The notes beneath the pieces were generated by a model. It searched no databases and had not been told where the DNA came from. It saw only the letters and a list, made by a program, of their open reading frames with translations. A stretch of DNA of 64,000 nucleotides from NCBI GenBank assembly GCA_951406725.2, contig OX597822.1:4464001-4528000 (forward strand), written 5' to 3'. Position 1 is the stretch's first letter. Every line of letters begins with the position of its first letter. Below are positions 1 to 14,742 of the stretch, in pieces. The DNA comes from Octopus vulgaris (Eukaryota). A program made the position numbers and the translations under genes.

Positions 1-99
1 TGGCTGATATCATGAGCACTGTCAGTTTGCTGATATCATTAGCACCATCATTTTGTTGATATGATTGGCACCACATAAGCAGAGAAACTAAGTACTTAC

Positions 100-175
100 C
101 TGATATATAATTCCATGTCTAATGCACTCAGGTAGAGCTGTCGCATCATATCAAATCCGATCATGTGTTTCTGAC
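100..175 (-). CDS. Oligopeptidase A-like exon 15 (GQKHMIGFDMMRQLYLSALDMELYIS/R)
   Basis: tgtcag acceptor, AG|gtaagt donor; RQL....DMEL motif. The gene continues left of the window. Confidence 0.92.
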
Positions 176-3100
176 CTGACAATGACAAATTTTATAAAAA
201 GTCATATCAGAAATAGAATCAAATTAAATAATTAATATTGGTTTCAAATTTTGGCACAAGGCTAGGATATCAGGGGAGGAACTAAGTCAATTACATTGAC
301 CACAGTACTCAACTGGTACTTATTTTATAGACCCCAAAAGGATGAAAGGCAAAGTCAACCTTAGCAGAATTTAAACTCAGCAAATTTTCACCCCTCTTTA
401 TTTTCTAAGCACTCTGCCCGGTGAACTAATGATTCTGGCAGCTCACTGCTTTAATTAGATAATATGATTAATATTAATAATTAAATGGACAAACTGCTAG
501 AAAATATATAACTTAATCTGAACCAAAAGGAGATGTTGACCTGCTAGAAATAACATTCAAACTTCTTTGAAAGTAGATCCAACCATCTTGGTAAAGGAGG
601 AGTACAATGGTCAATACCAGGCAAGATAGACAAAAAAGCAGGAGGGCCTTGGTTGGAATGCCTTCTATCATAGATTTGCTAGACTAGGAAAGACCTGCAG
701 CTAAACAAAAGCCACCATGATATAATTGTATAATTCATTGAACTTTATCATTACAAAGAATGCTGGATGACAGATTCGGGAGAGTGGCAGACTTGCTCAT
801 TTTGATTACATTCTGAATTCAAATCTTGCCCATGTCAGGTCTGACTTCCATGAATTGATGGTTAATAAAGCAAGTACCAGTCATGTGCTGGGACTAATTT
901 ACACAACCATACATCTCCCAGCACTTTGACAAAGAACCAAGACACCTGATGCCTTACTGTATTCAAGAAAACCTGTTCTTCACATCAGAATTGATACTAA
1001 TGGTGGTGTCATGTAAAAAGCACCCTTTGTACACTCTGTAAAATGGTTGGCATTACGAAGGGGCATCCAGCCATAGAAACCATGCCAGAACAGATAATGG
1101 AGCGTGGTGCAGCCTCTGACCTTGCCAGGTCCTGTCAAACCACCCAACCCATGCCAGCATGGAAAATAATTAAATGAAATGATACACTGCTTCAAATAAA
1201 AAAAGAAGAAAACACTGCAGTCTATTGTATCGTTAATCATTGATATCAGCAGGAGTGGAGGCGCAATGGCCCAGTGGTTAGGGCAGCGGACTCTCAGTCG
1301 TAGGATCGCGGTTTCGATTCCCAGACCAGGCGTTGTGAGTGTTTATTGAGCGAAAACACCTAAAAAGGTCCACGAGGCTCCGGCAGGGGATGGTGGTGAT
1401 CCCTGCTGTTCACAACTTTCTCTCACTCTTACTTCCTGTTTCTGTTGTACCTGTATTTCAAAGGGCCGGCCTTGTCACTCTCTGTGTCACGCTGAATATC
1501 CCCGAGAACTACGTTAAGGGTACACGTGTCTGTGGAGTGCTCAGCCACTTACACGTTAATTTCACGAGTAGGCTGTTCCGTTGATTCGGATCAACCGGAA
1601 CCCTCGTCGTCGTAACCGACAGAGTGCTTCCATCCATATCAGCAGGAAGAATGAATGTGCAGCTCTGTTGATGAAATAGTTATGAATTCAAATTTTATGA
1701 CAATTATTGTGTTGTATTCATGGGCAATGAACATAAGTGTATAACTGTAGTGTGCTTCAGTTTTACTTAACTGACAAAAGCAGGATGTGTTTGTACTTCA
1801 TTGTTGAATGGTTAACAATAAGAATAACAACCACCTGCAAAAAACCCAGACAGCTTCTGCTCAAATTTATAATGAGAGAAAAGAAAGTTAAAATTAGTCC
1901 ACCATGCAAATATGGAAAAATGACTAAATACAGACAGGAGTTTGCTTTACAACCACATGGTTTTCAGTTTAACCCTCAGATGTTTTCTACTGCAGCCCCA
2001 GGCCAACCAAAGCTTTGTGAGTATGTTTGGTTAGGGAAATTGAAAGAAGCTCAATATGTATGAGAAAATTAATAGTTGAATATTTTCATCTTAAAACCCA
2101 TTGTGCCTTTATACATGCAAATACCCACAGACCCCACCTCTCTCACTCACAAACCAAAGATATAAATAAAGATTACCTTTAAGAAGTGTGTCCACCATTT
2201 CATCGGGCATAGGTTCACCTGTCTGATAGTGAGATGTTAAACTTTTCAGGGTACGTGCATCAGATAGCCACATGGTCATGAAACTGGAGCAGACATGGAG
2301 TGCATCCCATTCCACATTTCTTTGACCTGCTATCTCACTGTATGGAACTGTAGTTAACATTTGTTGTAGACCGTGACCAAACTGGAATAAAACAGAATTT
2401 ATCAAGGAAATATGACAAATATCATTATAAACAGTTTCATTTCTAAGAACAAGACCATTTTTTTAAAACTCAGATTCCATCCAGAGCAGTGGTTCACAAC
2501 CAGTTTATTACTATTTTATTCAGGTGGACCCCCATAGCCATTTAAAAACTAGTTTCATAGATACTTCTTTCAAAATTCCTATTTTGTCGATCACACAATT
2601 ACTTGTGTAGGTTGTATTATGTAAAATGTCAGAGAAAGAAACGTAGCTGCTTCTTGCAACGAATACACCTAAAGCAAAATTTTTTCACGGACTCATAAAT
2701 TACAACTGTGGACCCAATTTACGGTTTTTCTTATGTGAATCCCCTTCTCCACAAATCTTATAGGACCCACAAGGGGTCATATGGCCATTGGCTGAGAACC
2801 ACTGTCCTAGAGGGACAGACGCCAAGGAGACATGTCCTTACCTATTTCTTTACTACCCACAAGGGAGCTAAACACAGAGGGTACAAACAAGGACAGACAA
2901 ACGGATTAAGTCGATTACATCGACCCCCAGTGCGTAACTGGTACATATTTCATCGACCCCAAAAGGATGAAAGGCAAAGTCGACCTCGGTGGAATTTGAA
3001 CTCAGAATGTAACGGCAGACAAAATATGACTACGCATTTCGCCCGGCGTGCTAACGTTTCTGCCAGCTCGCCACCTCAGACATGTCCTCACCCATCACAC

Positions 3101-6100
3101 AATAACGGTGGTTGCAGTCGTAAAAGGGTAAAACAAAATGGAGGCAAAGCATACATCTGATTGATAATTTACTTAATGATTACTCACGGATCTGTGGAAT
3201 AAGCTGCCGGACGAGATAGTGAAGATGCCGATGACCGCTCGGTTCAAAGTCTCCCTTGACCACAAGTGGCCTGAACTCTTTACATGAACACCACCCTGTA
3301 CATAACTCCATGTCCCCCTACATGGCCTTGCTTTTTTGCTTTTTGAGCCAAATAATTAACTAACTAACTAACTAACTCACATCACACATATAAGTAAGTA
3401 AATGGATCTCTGTTGGTTTTGACAGTGAGGATTCAGTCACTCAAATGAATTACCCACCCACAGAATTAATGAGTGGCTGAGTATTCCACAGACATGTATA
3501 TCCATAACATAATCCTTAGGCAGAATCAGCATGACATAAAAGTACCTCTGAATTATAGGTACCCCTAAATTATGGGTACAATACATTTGATGGGTTTCCC
3601 CACATGGTTTCTGTCAACCCAATTTCACTCAAGATTTGGTTAGACCTGAGGCAAGGGATTTTGTGGGACCACGTGGTTGCAAAGTGAACTTCTTAGCTAC
3701 GCTGTATCCACACTAACACACACTTGAATGAATGGTCAATGATGGCATGTAAAAAGCACGCAGCACACTCTGTAAAGTGGTTGGTGTTAGGAAGGGCACC
3801 CAACTGTAGAAACCAGGCCAAATCAGACTGGAACCTGGTGCAGGTTTCCAGCTTGTCAGCCCTGGTCAAACCGCCTAACCCGTGTTGGCATGAAGCAATC
3901 CCTTGACAGCACCTGCAAATGAACTGAGTAATGAACTGAAATTAGAATAAAGGGCTGGGTTAAAGATAAACTGTCAATACCTCTGAGAACAACATATGGA
4001 CTTCTTGAAGTGTCATAAGAGTTGGTATACTGGGCACAAGTGGTTTGTGAAGGTTTAGCACCAAATAAGAAAATGGTTTCACGCCATGTAAATCACTTCG
4101 CTCTGAAAAATTAAAGATAAACTAATTAATTTATTGATTAAATTTAATGTCTAGAGGAATTATTATAACTTAAAACAGGTTTGCACAACACATATATTAC
4201 AACATGTAGACTGCAACACATGAAGCATACTACATGGGCCACGACACATTGAGCGTTAATAACATTCAAGATATTGGGATTGACCGAGTGTGTTTGTCTC
4301 ATTGCATGTCTCTGGACAGCTTCTAAAATTGATTCCTATTCTGGACGAAATGGGGTTCCAGACTGGAGAGATAAACTAAATGTGGATGTACCACAGCCAT
4401 GGAATAGGGGGCAAGCAGCCATCTACCGTTTTACTGAGGGATACTGAAACATTTTTGGCCTTTTTGGCAATCTTAAGAATGTGCAGAGACCAGTGCAGGT
4501 CATTGTTGATAACAGTAACTAGGTCACATTTACTAGTAGACTTCTTAAGGTTGGTATTGAGGAAGGGTTGAAAAAAAAAAAAGGTATCCACTGAGAACAT
4601 TAATTTTTTTTTTTATCATCTTGGTTCCATGGTAAGAAGTTTGCTTCTCAACCACATAGTATTGGGTTCAGTCCCAATATGTGGTATCTTGGGCAAGTGT
4701 CTTTTACTATAACCTCAAGCCGACCAAAGCATTGTGAGTGGATTTGGTAGGCAAAAACTGAAAGAAGTCCATTATGTGTTGATATGTCTGTGTTTGCCCC
4801 CCCCCCACCAACAGACAACCGGTGCTGGTGTTTACTTCCCTACAACCTAGCAGTTCAGCAAGTGAGACCAATAGAATAAGCACCAGACTTTAAAAAAAGG
4901 AGAAAAAGTACTGGGGTTGATTAGTTCAACTAAAATTTCTTTAAGATGGTGCCCCAGCATGGCCACAGTCTAATGACTGAAACAAGTAAAAGATAAATTT
5001 ATGAAAGAATATAATTTAGAAACAATAACGATGTAATGAATCTCACCTCGACCAATTTCCATCCATGTTCCACTCATTTTACCTTGATGGGCATAGGGGT
5101 CGAAAAAGAAAGATGCCCTGTATTCACCTGGAAAAAATAAAAATTTGAAAATGAAGTAGTTTCAATCTAACATTTTTGGTGGGTACAATTAACCCTTTAG
5201 CATTCATATTGTTCTGTTAAATGGAATGTTTATTTATTCACACTGTTTGGAGTTAATCATGCCTTGTTTTGTACCTTCAAGATTTTGATGAGGAAACTGA
5301 ATTATTTGAATGACATTGTAGGATTGGTGTGAGAGGCCAGATCTGGCCAGTTTGAACGTAGAACAGGTAGAATGTCTTAGCTGAATACAGCTGGTTTAAA
5401 TGCTAAAGAGTTAAATCTATGACCACTACTGGTGAATTTATAGCTCCGCATAGAATATATCACCTATCAGTCTGCTTCCAGTAAACTAGTGTGGTTACTT
5501 CTGTCATCATCATTGTTTAATGTCCACTTTGCATGCTAGCATGGGTTGGACGATTTGACTGAGGTCTGGCGAATCAGATGGCTGCACCAGGCAAAGTTTC
5601 AACAGCTGGATGCCCTTCCTAACGCCAACCACTCTGAGAGTGTAGTGGGTGCTTTTACGTTCCACTGGCACAAGGGCTAGTCAGGTAGTACTGGCAACAG
5701 CCACGTTCAAATGGTGTTTTTTACGTGCTACCGGCACAGGAGCCAGTCCAGCGGCACTGACAACAACCTCGCTTGAATGTTTCTTCACGTGCCACCAGCA
5801 CAAGTGCCAGTAAGGCGATACAGGTAACGATCACACTCAAATGGTGCTTTTTATGTGCCACCGGCAACCAGTCAGCTGCTCTGGCAACATCATCATCATC
5901 ATCATCGTTTAACGTCCGCTTTCCATGCTAGCATGGGTTGGACGGTTCAACTGGGGTCTGGCAAGCCCGAAGGCTGCACCAGGCCAGTCAGATCTGGCAG
6001 TGTTTCTACAGCTGGATGCCCTTCCTAACGCCAACCACTCCGAGAGTGTAGTGGGTGATTTTATGTGCCACCGACACAGGTGCCAGACAAGGCTGGCAGA

Positions 6101-7303
6101 CGGCCACGCTCGGATGGTGTTTTCTTATGTGTCACCGACACAGGTGCCAGACGAGGCTGGCGAACGGCCACGCTCGGATGGTGTTTGTTACGTGCCCTCA
6201 GCACAGAGGCCAGTCGATGCGGTACTGGCTACGGTCACGTTCGGATGGTTTTCTTATGTGCCACCGGCACTGGTACCACAAGGATACAAATTCCATTGAT
6301 GTTCATCTATTTTGGTTTGATTTGATTTGATTTGGTTTAAAATTTTGGCACAAGGACAGCAGTTTCAGGAAGGGGTTAAGTTGATTACATCGACTCCAGT
6401 ACTTGACTGGTACTTATTTTATTGACCCCCACCCAAAGGGCAAAGTGTACCTTGATGGAATTTGAAGATGATGCATGCTGCTAACTAGCTTGTTTGGTGC
6501 AGTGACAATCCTAGGTTTCAAATTTTGGCACAAGGCCAGCAAGTTCGGTGAAGGGTGTAAATTGAATAAATCAATCGACACCAGTGTTCAAGTATTACTT
6601 ATTTTATCAACCCTAAAGTGATGAACAACAAAGTTGACCCCAGCAAAATTTGAACTCTGAAGGTAAAACGGATGAAATGCCACTGAGCATTTTTCCTGAC
6701 ACAGTAACAATACTGCCAACAAGTTCAGGGGAGGGTGTAAATCGATTACATTGACCCTAGTGTTCGAGCAGTACTTATTTTATCAACCCCTAAAGGATGA
6801 AAGGCAAAGTCAACCTCGGCAGAATTTGAACTCTGGACATAAAATGGACGAAAGGCCACTTAGCATTTTGTCCAGTGCGGTAACAATTCTGCCAGCAAGT
6901 TAGGGGGAAAATGTAAATCGATTATATCTACCCCAGTGTTCAACTGCTACTAATTTTATCGATCCCCAAAGATTGAAAGGCAAAGTCATCCTCGGATATA
7001 AAAACAAATGAAATGCCTCAGAGCAATTTGCCAACAGTTCTGTCAGCTTGCTGTTTTACTGTATTCAGTAATGATACTGGTTATGATATATAGGATAAAG
7101 ATGATAAACTCATGATGAAGTTTATACCATTTGTTCCTTACTTGGCGCAGGAGTGGCTGTGTGGTAAGCAGCTTGCTTACCAACCACATGGTCCTGGGTT
7201 CAGTCCCACTGCATGGCACTTTGGGTAAGTTTCTACTACTATAGCCTCAAGTCGACCAAAGCCTTGTGAGTGGATTTGGTAGACGGAAACTGAAAGAAGC
7301 CCG

Positions 7304-7347
<44 letters not shown>

Positions 7348-10300
7348 GTGTGTGTGTCTGTGTTTGTCCCTCCAACATCACTTGACAACCAATGCTGGTG
7401 TGTATACATCCTCGTAACTTAGCGGTTCAGCAAAAGAGACTGATAGAATAAGTACTAGGCTTACAAAGAATAAGTCCTGGGGTCGATTTGCTCGACTAAA
7501 GGCGGTGCTCCAGAAGGCTGCAGACAAACGACTGAAACAAGTTAAAAAAAAAAAAGCGTTTCACCATTGTGGTTATTTGCATCTTATGCAGTGGATGCTC
7601 AAAGCACGTTCAGATGCAGATGCACAACGACATTTCAGGGGACGACTTCTGTTACACTATGCTTCAATAAAAAGGTTATTTTTATTTACTCGTAATGTCA
7701 TTTTGTTGTTTGAAGGATGAAGTGTAAATAGATATGGTTTCTAATATATTGCTGATAAGTACTTGCTCGGAAAGGAATTGAATTCAGAATATCAAGACAC
7801 GACTAATCCAGATATAAAGTGTTCAATATGGCTCAATACAATATTTATTAAATTCAATACATTCAGATGCACAGTTTCCCACTTTCCCTATATATATTTT
7901 TATATATATGTTTACAAATCTGTTTGGAGGAAATCAAGGTGTTGAAAAAGAATTTGTGGTAGAGAGGGGAGAGCACTCTGACATCAATTTTTATGCAGTG
8001 GCTGGTAATTAGTGATATCTTAAAAAATACACACACAAAAATCATAAACCATAATAGACAAAAAAAATTCTTACCTTTTTCATCATAAACACCAAACAGT
8101 TTCACATCTGGCAGTGAATTGTCATTTTGATCAGATTCATCCTGTTGTACAGAATAAAAAATCTTTTAAAAGTAAAAAAAAAAAAATCCAGCTCTAAATT
8201 TTGGTAGAAAATAAATTCTAAGGTTTGAAAAACTGAACCAAATTTTCTTTCTCTTAATATGGTGAGCTGGCAGAAATGTTAGCACACTGGGCAAAATGCG
8301 TCGCATATTTCGTCTGTCTTTACGTTCTGAGTTCAAATTCCACCGAGGTCAACTTTGCCTTTCATTCTTTTGAGGTCGATAAATTAAGTACCAGTTACGT
8401 ACTGGAGTCAATCTAATCGACTGTCCCGCTCCCCAGAAATTTCAGGCCTCGTGCCTAGAGTAATAAAAATATTCCTCTGAAGAATCTCAGCAATAACATT
8501 ACTAAAAAGGGTGTAATGTCTGGGGTCAGGGGCTCTCTCCAGGATGAATTACCATTTCCCCACATTGAAAGGTCACAGCTTTGGCACTACAGACATGCAA
8601 TTAGAATTTCACAGGAAAGAATTACAACACAGATTTTTCAAACTGAGCCAACCAGCAGGAGACCCAGGGGTAAATCCATTGTCTCAGTTGGTCATGCTTG
8701 GGAATCCAACCAGAAGGTCTAATGAAGGTTGCTTCTGATTGGCCCCTATGGACGTGCCCAAGGACTGTACTCCTACGACCCTCCCAGAAGACACTTGCCC
8801 AAGGTGCCATGCAGTGGGACTGAACCTGGAATCATGTGGTTGGTAAGCCAGCTACTTACCACACGGCCACTCATGTGCCTTGTCCATGTTTGTCCCCCCT
8901 TACTGCTTGACAACTGGTTATGGTGTGTCTACATCCCCCTAACTTAGCAGTTCAGCAAAAGAGACCGATAGAATAAGTAGGCTTTAAGAAAAAGTAAGTT
9001 CTGGGGTTGACTTGTTCGACTAAAAACCTTTCAAGGTGGTGCTCCAGTATGGCTGCAGTCAAATGACTGAAACAAGTAAAAGAACAAAAGAACAGCCCAA
9101 TTTTGGTTCGAGAAAACAAATCAATTTTATGAGTTTCCCTGACTCAGATAAACTGTTTGGGTCCACGGAATAAGGGGCATAACACTTGATCTAATGCTGA
9201 AAGTGATTTAATCAACAACATGAATTTATAACTAAATTATTATTAAAATATGGTGGGTTAGCAGAACTGAGAGAGGAATCAAGCAAATCATCATCATCAT
9301 CATCATCAACGTTTAAAGTGTGATATTTGTTGTTCTAACTCTCTATGTTCTCAATTACAATCTAACTATTAATGACTTTGCTGCTTAGCCTTCTGGTGTT
9401 GGTAAAATACAGAACATGCCAAGTGCTGGGGATGGAGATCAATACAATTGTCCGTTTCCTTATCAAAATATTCTTAGCCGTGTGCTTATTTAGAAAAAAT
9501 CATAATCTATACTTTAATGGAGAAACATGCTTATCAATTTGTTGGACTTAGGTAACTTTTATTATTAAAAGACAGCAATTATTAAAGGTTGGAAAATTTT
9601 TGTAAATTCAAGTTGTAATATATTTTTTATCAAAATGTGGTTTTGAAATTTCAAGTAAATGCTTCAATCACAAATCTTATTCAATGTGTCATTTCAGTTT
9701 ACTGTGAGGCAATGTTTTTTCATGTCTGTTTATACTTCTGGAAATATAAAGGCTGCCCAAATATTTGAACACTACTTTCTACAAATTATAAATTTAATAC
9801 AGCATCAATTAAATTATGCCTAAACCAGTATTGTTGCATATTAGTAGTGTGTTGCTGAAGAAGCAGAAAGCTGAATGAGAAAACTGGATTTGATTTATGT
9901 TAATTGGACAGAATTGTACCTCTCCACCTAACAATTTTGTTTCCTCGTAACTTTCAGAAAAATAGATATTTCTAATGAAATTTTCAACGAATATCTTTCA
10001 AGCCTCTTAAGTGTTGAAATAAATAATCAATCAAGTATAGGAGTCACCATAATCTGTTAGAGCCCCTCCCATCAAAGTGACAAATTATTCTTGTTGGTGT
10101 TAATGTTATTAATTATTTTTTAACAGACTATCAATGAAATATAAGGTATGTACTTGAGATAACTGTTCACAAACCTTGATTGTAATTCCAAAAAGTTTTT
10201 CACAAAACTTGAAGAGAGAATTCAAAACATGAGACAATGGGAAATATTGAGCTATCTGGCTTTCATTGATGCTGGATAAACACAGAAATATAAAATGGTA

Positions 10301-13300
10301 AAGACATATTTTAGGAAATTTACAGAAATCATCATCATCAATCATTTCAATGTCTACTATTCCACCATATTTGCATGAGACAAGATTTTCAACCACCCTA
10401 TGCTGCTCCTAACACCAACCTCTCCTGTTTCCAAATAAGGAAACATTTGCCCCTAGTCTTTTGAATGTAAACAGTACATTTACTTGGAAGATTGCAAACA
10501 ACTGATGCTGCTTACAATTTGCATGTAATGTCAAGATAAGGAGACACAAACATACTCATGCACAAACACAGACCCACACACACATACAACAGGCTTCTTT
10601 CATTTTCTGTCAACTATATCCACTCACAATGCTCAACTATAGAACCATATGTGAACCTACATCCACATAGCCATTAATGTACAAATATACTTCAACGTAG
10701 TGAGACATGGGCAGCTGAATGTAGAAGGGCCAGAGAGAAATGGTGCAAACAAAGTCTATTGGAAATACAACATCAATTTGCATGGAAAGTAGGTCATAAA
10801 TAAGAGAGCATTTTATGTATGCAGGAGAGGAATTTGTACTGCTATGGACATATGATGTACATGAACAAGGAGTGCTAGGTTTTCAGATTCAACATCAGAA
10901 CACCTGGTTAACATCATCATCATCATCGTTTAACGTCAGCTTTCCATGCTAGCATGGGTTGGACGATATGACTAAGGGCTGGCGAACCAGATGGTTGCAC
11001 CAGGCTCCAATCTTGATTTGGCATAGTTTCTACAGCTGGATGCCCTTCCTAGTGCCAACCACTTCGAGAGTGTAGTGGGTGCTTTTTATGTGTCACCGGC
11101 ACGGGGGGCCAGTCAGGCGGTACTGGCAACAACCTTGCTCGAATCCTTTTACACATGCCACCAACACAGGTGCCAGTAAGGCAACTTTGGTAACAATCAG
11201 GCTCGACTGGAGCCCTTTTACGTGCCACTGGCACGGAAAAACCAAAGAGGGATTTCTAGAGTATAGTAGTAGTGGGGAGGAAAGATAGGCAAAAAGTACT
11301 TAGTGTGGACTGGGAAGTGAAACTAAAGGGATTTTGTTGAGTTTGGACCAAGATTCTTCATTCTACACGTCTCATGTAACCTAACTATGAAAAATAAATT
11401 ACTTGCAGCCACAAAGAAAATAGAGAAAGTGTATTTGTAATTCTACTCACCCATAATACTGGTTTTTGTGTATCCTTCTCCAGTAAGGAACATCCCAACA
11501 CTGTAACTCATGGGGAAAGCCTTCAGAAACAGCAAAATCCTGTAACTCTTCTAATTCTTCTTTAGCAATAGGTTTAAAATGATTTTTATATCTAAACAAA
11601 CAGACAAACAAATAATAATAATGATGAAAACTAAAAAATTCATATACTTATATGGGATGTTCAAACTAAATTTGACAAATTTTATGTCTTTTTTTTTTTT
11701 TCAGAAACAGCATGATGTATTGGTGAACAGGGAATGAGAGTGAAGCATAAATATTGAAGTTGTAATTAAGAAAAAGTTAACTGACATGGAGAGCTGGAAG
11801 CTTTCTAAATATTGGAAAAGATTACCTGTGTCATGATGATTTGTACGTAACTATCAAAATGCCAACATCATGACTGCTACTCAAGGCTCTGCGAACACTG
11901 TAAAGGCTGTAAGATGTGACATGGACAGCTGCAATGATGACTACGAAGCTGTGGCCAGCAGGAACACACACACCAGGCATTTGACTACATCTGCACACGG
12001 GGATCCATCCCCACATCCTTGAACAAGGTCTGAAGCTCAATTCAGACAGCTACGTGAAGCTGCTGGAAACTGTTGTCAAACCCCGACTGGAGATGGTTGC
12101 TGTTGGAAGGCAACAGAATTTGGCTCCTTGCATACTTTCACAGAAGTAGTTGTTGAAGATTTTCTATGGCCTCTCCAGCCCCAATTTCGGACCTTCTAAT
12201 TCCCTCTGATTGTTATCCCAATTACTATGTGTAGGGTGCAGTTGGGAAAAACACCAACCAGTTTCCCAGCAACATCAAGGCTGAGCTGGTGGGCCAAGAT
12301 GAAGGAGGTGTTTGTAGATCTTCCCAGGGACACAGTGAGGAACACATGTGCCAAGTGCCAGAGCCTTCTTGAGACCATAATAGAAGCTACTTGATATTTT
12401 TTGATTTCTTAAAATACTTTTATTTTTAGCTGGAATATTGTGTTTTGTTTTCTTTTTCCATTTACATCCATGTAATTAGGTCATTTGGCAAAATGAAACC
12501 AAAATAATAAGTACCAAACTTGAAAATATGTACAGAATGAATTACGGCAACTAAACTCTTCAAAACTGATGCCCCAGCATGTCCACTGTGCAATGATTGA
12601 AACAAGTAAGAGAATAAAGAATAAAGAAAATAGGTATATGTATGGAACTTACGTTTCTAACATGGTAAGCACATTCTCTACAGATCCTGCCATTTTGGTC
12701 TCCATAGACATATGAGCAAAGCTATTATACCCTAAAATGTCAGCAATGTCCTGTCTGCAAGAAATAGAAAAGAAAAAACAGTTCATAAATAAAACTGGAG
12801 AAATAAGTTTTATAATAAGTTCCAAAAATTAAACAGAAATACAACAAAAAAACAAATGGAAAATTCACAACCAAGAGCGGACACTGCCATTTCCTTGACA
12901 GTTGTCCCCAAAATCCTTACAATTTCAATGGTCATGTCAACAGAGAGAAGCTGTTGGGAATGGCAAGCGAATGTTTAGGACAGTGACGGAAACAAACACA
13001 AAACAAATATTTATATATATAGTTAGTGTATATATATATATAGATGAATGTGTAATGTCAGTGTACATACTCGAGTGTTAGTACCTTGAGAGAAATGTTG
13101 TACCTAAGAAGCATCAGTTGTGGTGTGCAAGAAAGACGATTGCGCTGGTATGGTCATGTGGCGAGAATAGATGAAGATAGGTGTGTGAGAAAGTGCCAAT
13201 CTCTAGCAGTTGAGGGAACCCGTGGAAGAGGTAGACCCAGGAAAACCTGGGACGAGGTGGTGAAGCACGATCTTCGAACTTTAGGCCTCACTGAGGAAAT

Positions 13301-14672
13301 GACCAGCGACCGAGACATTTGGAAATATGCTGTACGTGAGAAGACTAAGCAGGACAAGTGAGCCCAGCCCACTTATGCATGCCTTTCCTCCCTTGGACAC
13401 AAAGACCTGTTGAGGCAAGCGAAGTTGATATCGAACCTCATCCGACGACAGGCACCATTGCTTGCGAAGACCTGTTGGGGCAAGTAAAATCGAAATCAAA
13501 ATCGAAATTGAACCAATCCTATGACTGGCACCTGGCAGATGCCAGGACCCCTGGACTGGTGGTACGTAAAAAGCACCATCCGAATCGTGGCCGATGCCAG
13601 TGCTGCCTTGACTGGCTTCCGTGCCGGTGGCACGTAAATTGCACCAATCCGACCGTGGCCGTTGCCAGCCCCGCCTGGCACCTGTGCGGGTGGCACGTAA
13701 AAAGCACCCACTACACTCACGGAGTGGTTGGTGTTAGGAAGGGCATCCAGCTGTAGAAACATTGCCAGATAAGACTGGAGCCTGGTGCAGCCTTCTGGCT
13801 TCCCAGACCCCGGTCGAACCGTCCAACCCATGCTAGCATGGAGAACGGACGTTAAACGATGATGATGATGATGATTAGTAGTTAATAAACTGTATGGTAT
13901 ACACCAGGTAGTTTGCCAGTAAAGCACATTCACAGCAGCATCCTACCTGTGAGGGTTCGATGCTAGATGGGTCCAAACAATTGTAGCGATTAATAAAGAT
14001 TCTCGTATATTACATCTTCCATCCCTCTCATTAATTATATATATATATATATTGCAGCTTTCTGCAGTATTGCTCGTAGCATACACATGGGTAGAGAGTT
14101 TGAATAGTATATTCACATTCGGCTCTGTAAATTTTGGAAGTGTTGGTTGGATACCTATTTCTTTACTACCCACAAGGGTCTAAACACAGAGAGGACAAAC
14201 AAGGACAGACAAAGGGATTAAGTCAATTACATCAACCCCAGTGCGTAACTGGTACTTAATTTATCAACCCTGAAAGGATGAAAGGCAAAGTTGACCTCGG
14301 CGGAATTTGAACTCAGAATGAAGCGGCAGACAAAATACGGCTTTGCATTTTGCCCGGCATGCTAACGTTTCTGCCAGTTCCCCGCCTTTCTGTTGGTTGG
14401 ATATCTGTTACATGATGTCACTTGTGTGCATATTCAGCCCTAGCACTTTTATAAAAATTGGAAATATTATACTGAAGAGAAGAAGTAAAACTTAAATTAT
14501 TTTAATCTCGAAACACGTATATAATTAATCCTGGTCGCGTTGATTCATTGTTTGTCTCTTTGCCTTCATAAAAAAGTATGTTTACCATCATGGAGATTCT
14601 TATGGTAGTAGAAAAGGAATTTTTAACTCCTTTTTCTAATTTCAGTATGTTGTGAAGCAGTTAGCTGGACCC

Positions 14673-14742
<70 letters not shown>

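Noticed and set aside
1255-1335. tRNA gene
   Set aside because: The tRNA-like head continues into a SINE body with a TSD, and there is no proper acceptor stem.
5925-6330. Recurrent ORFs such as MLAWVGRF..., FLQLDALPNANH and CHRHRCQ
   Set aside because: Chance translations of the RTE 3'UTR repeat, seen in many copies and frames.
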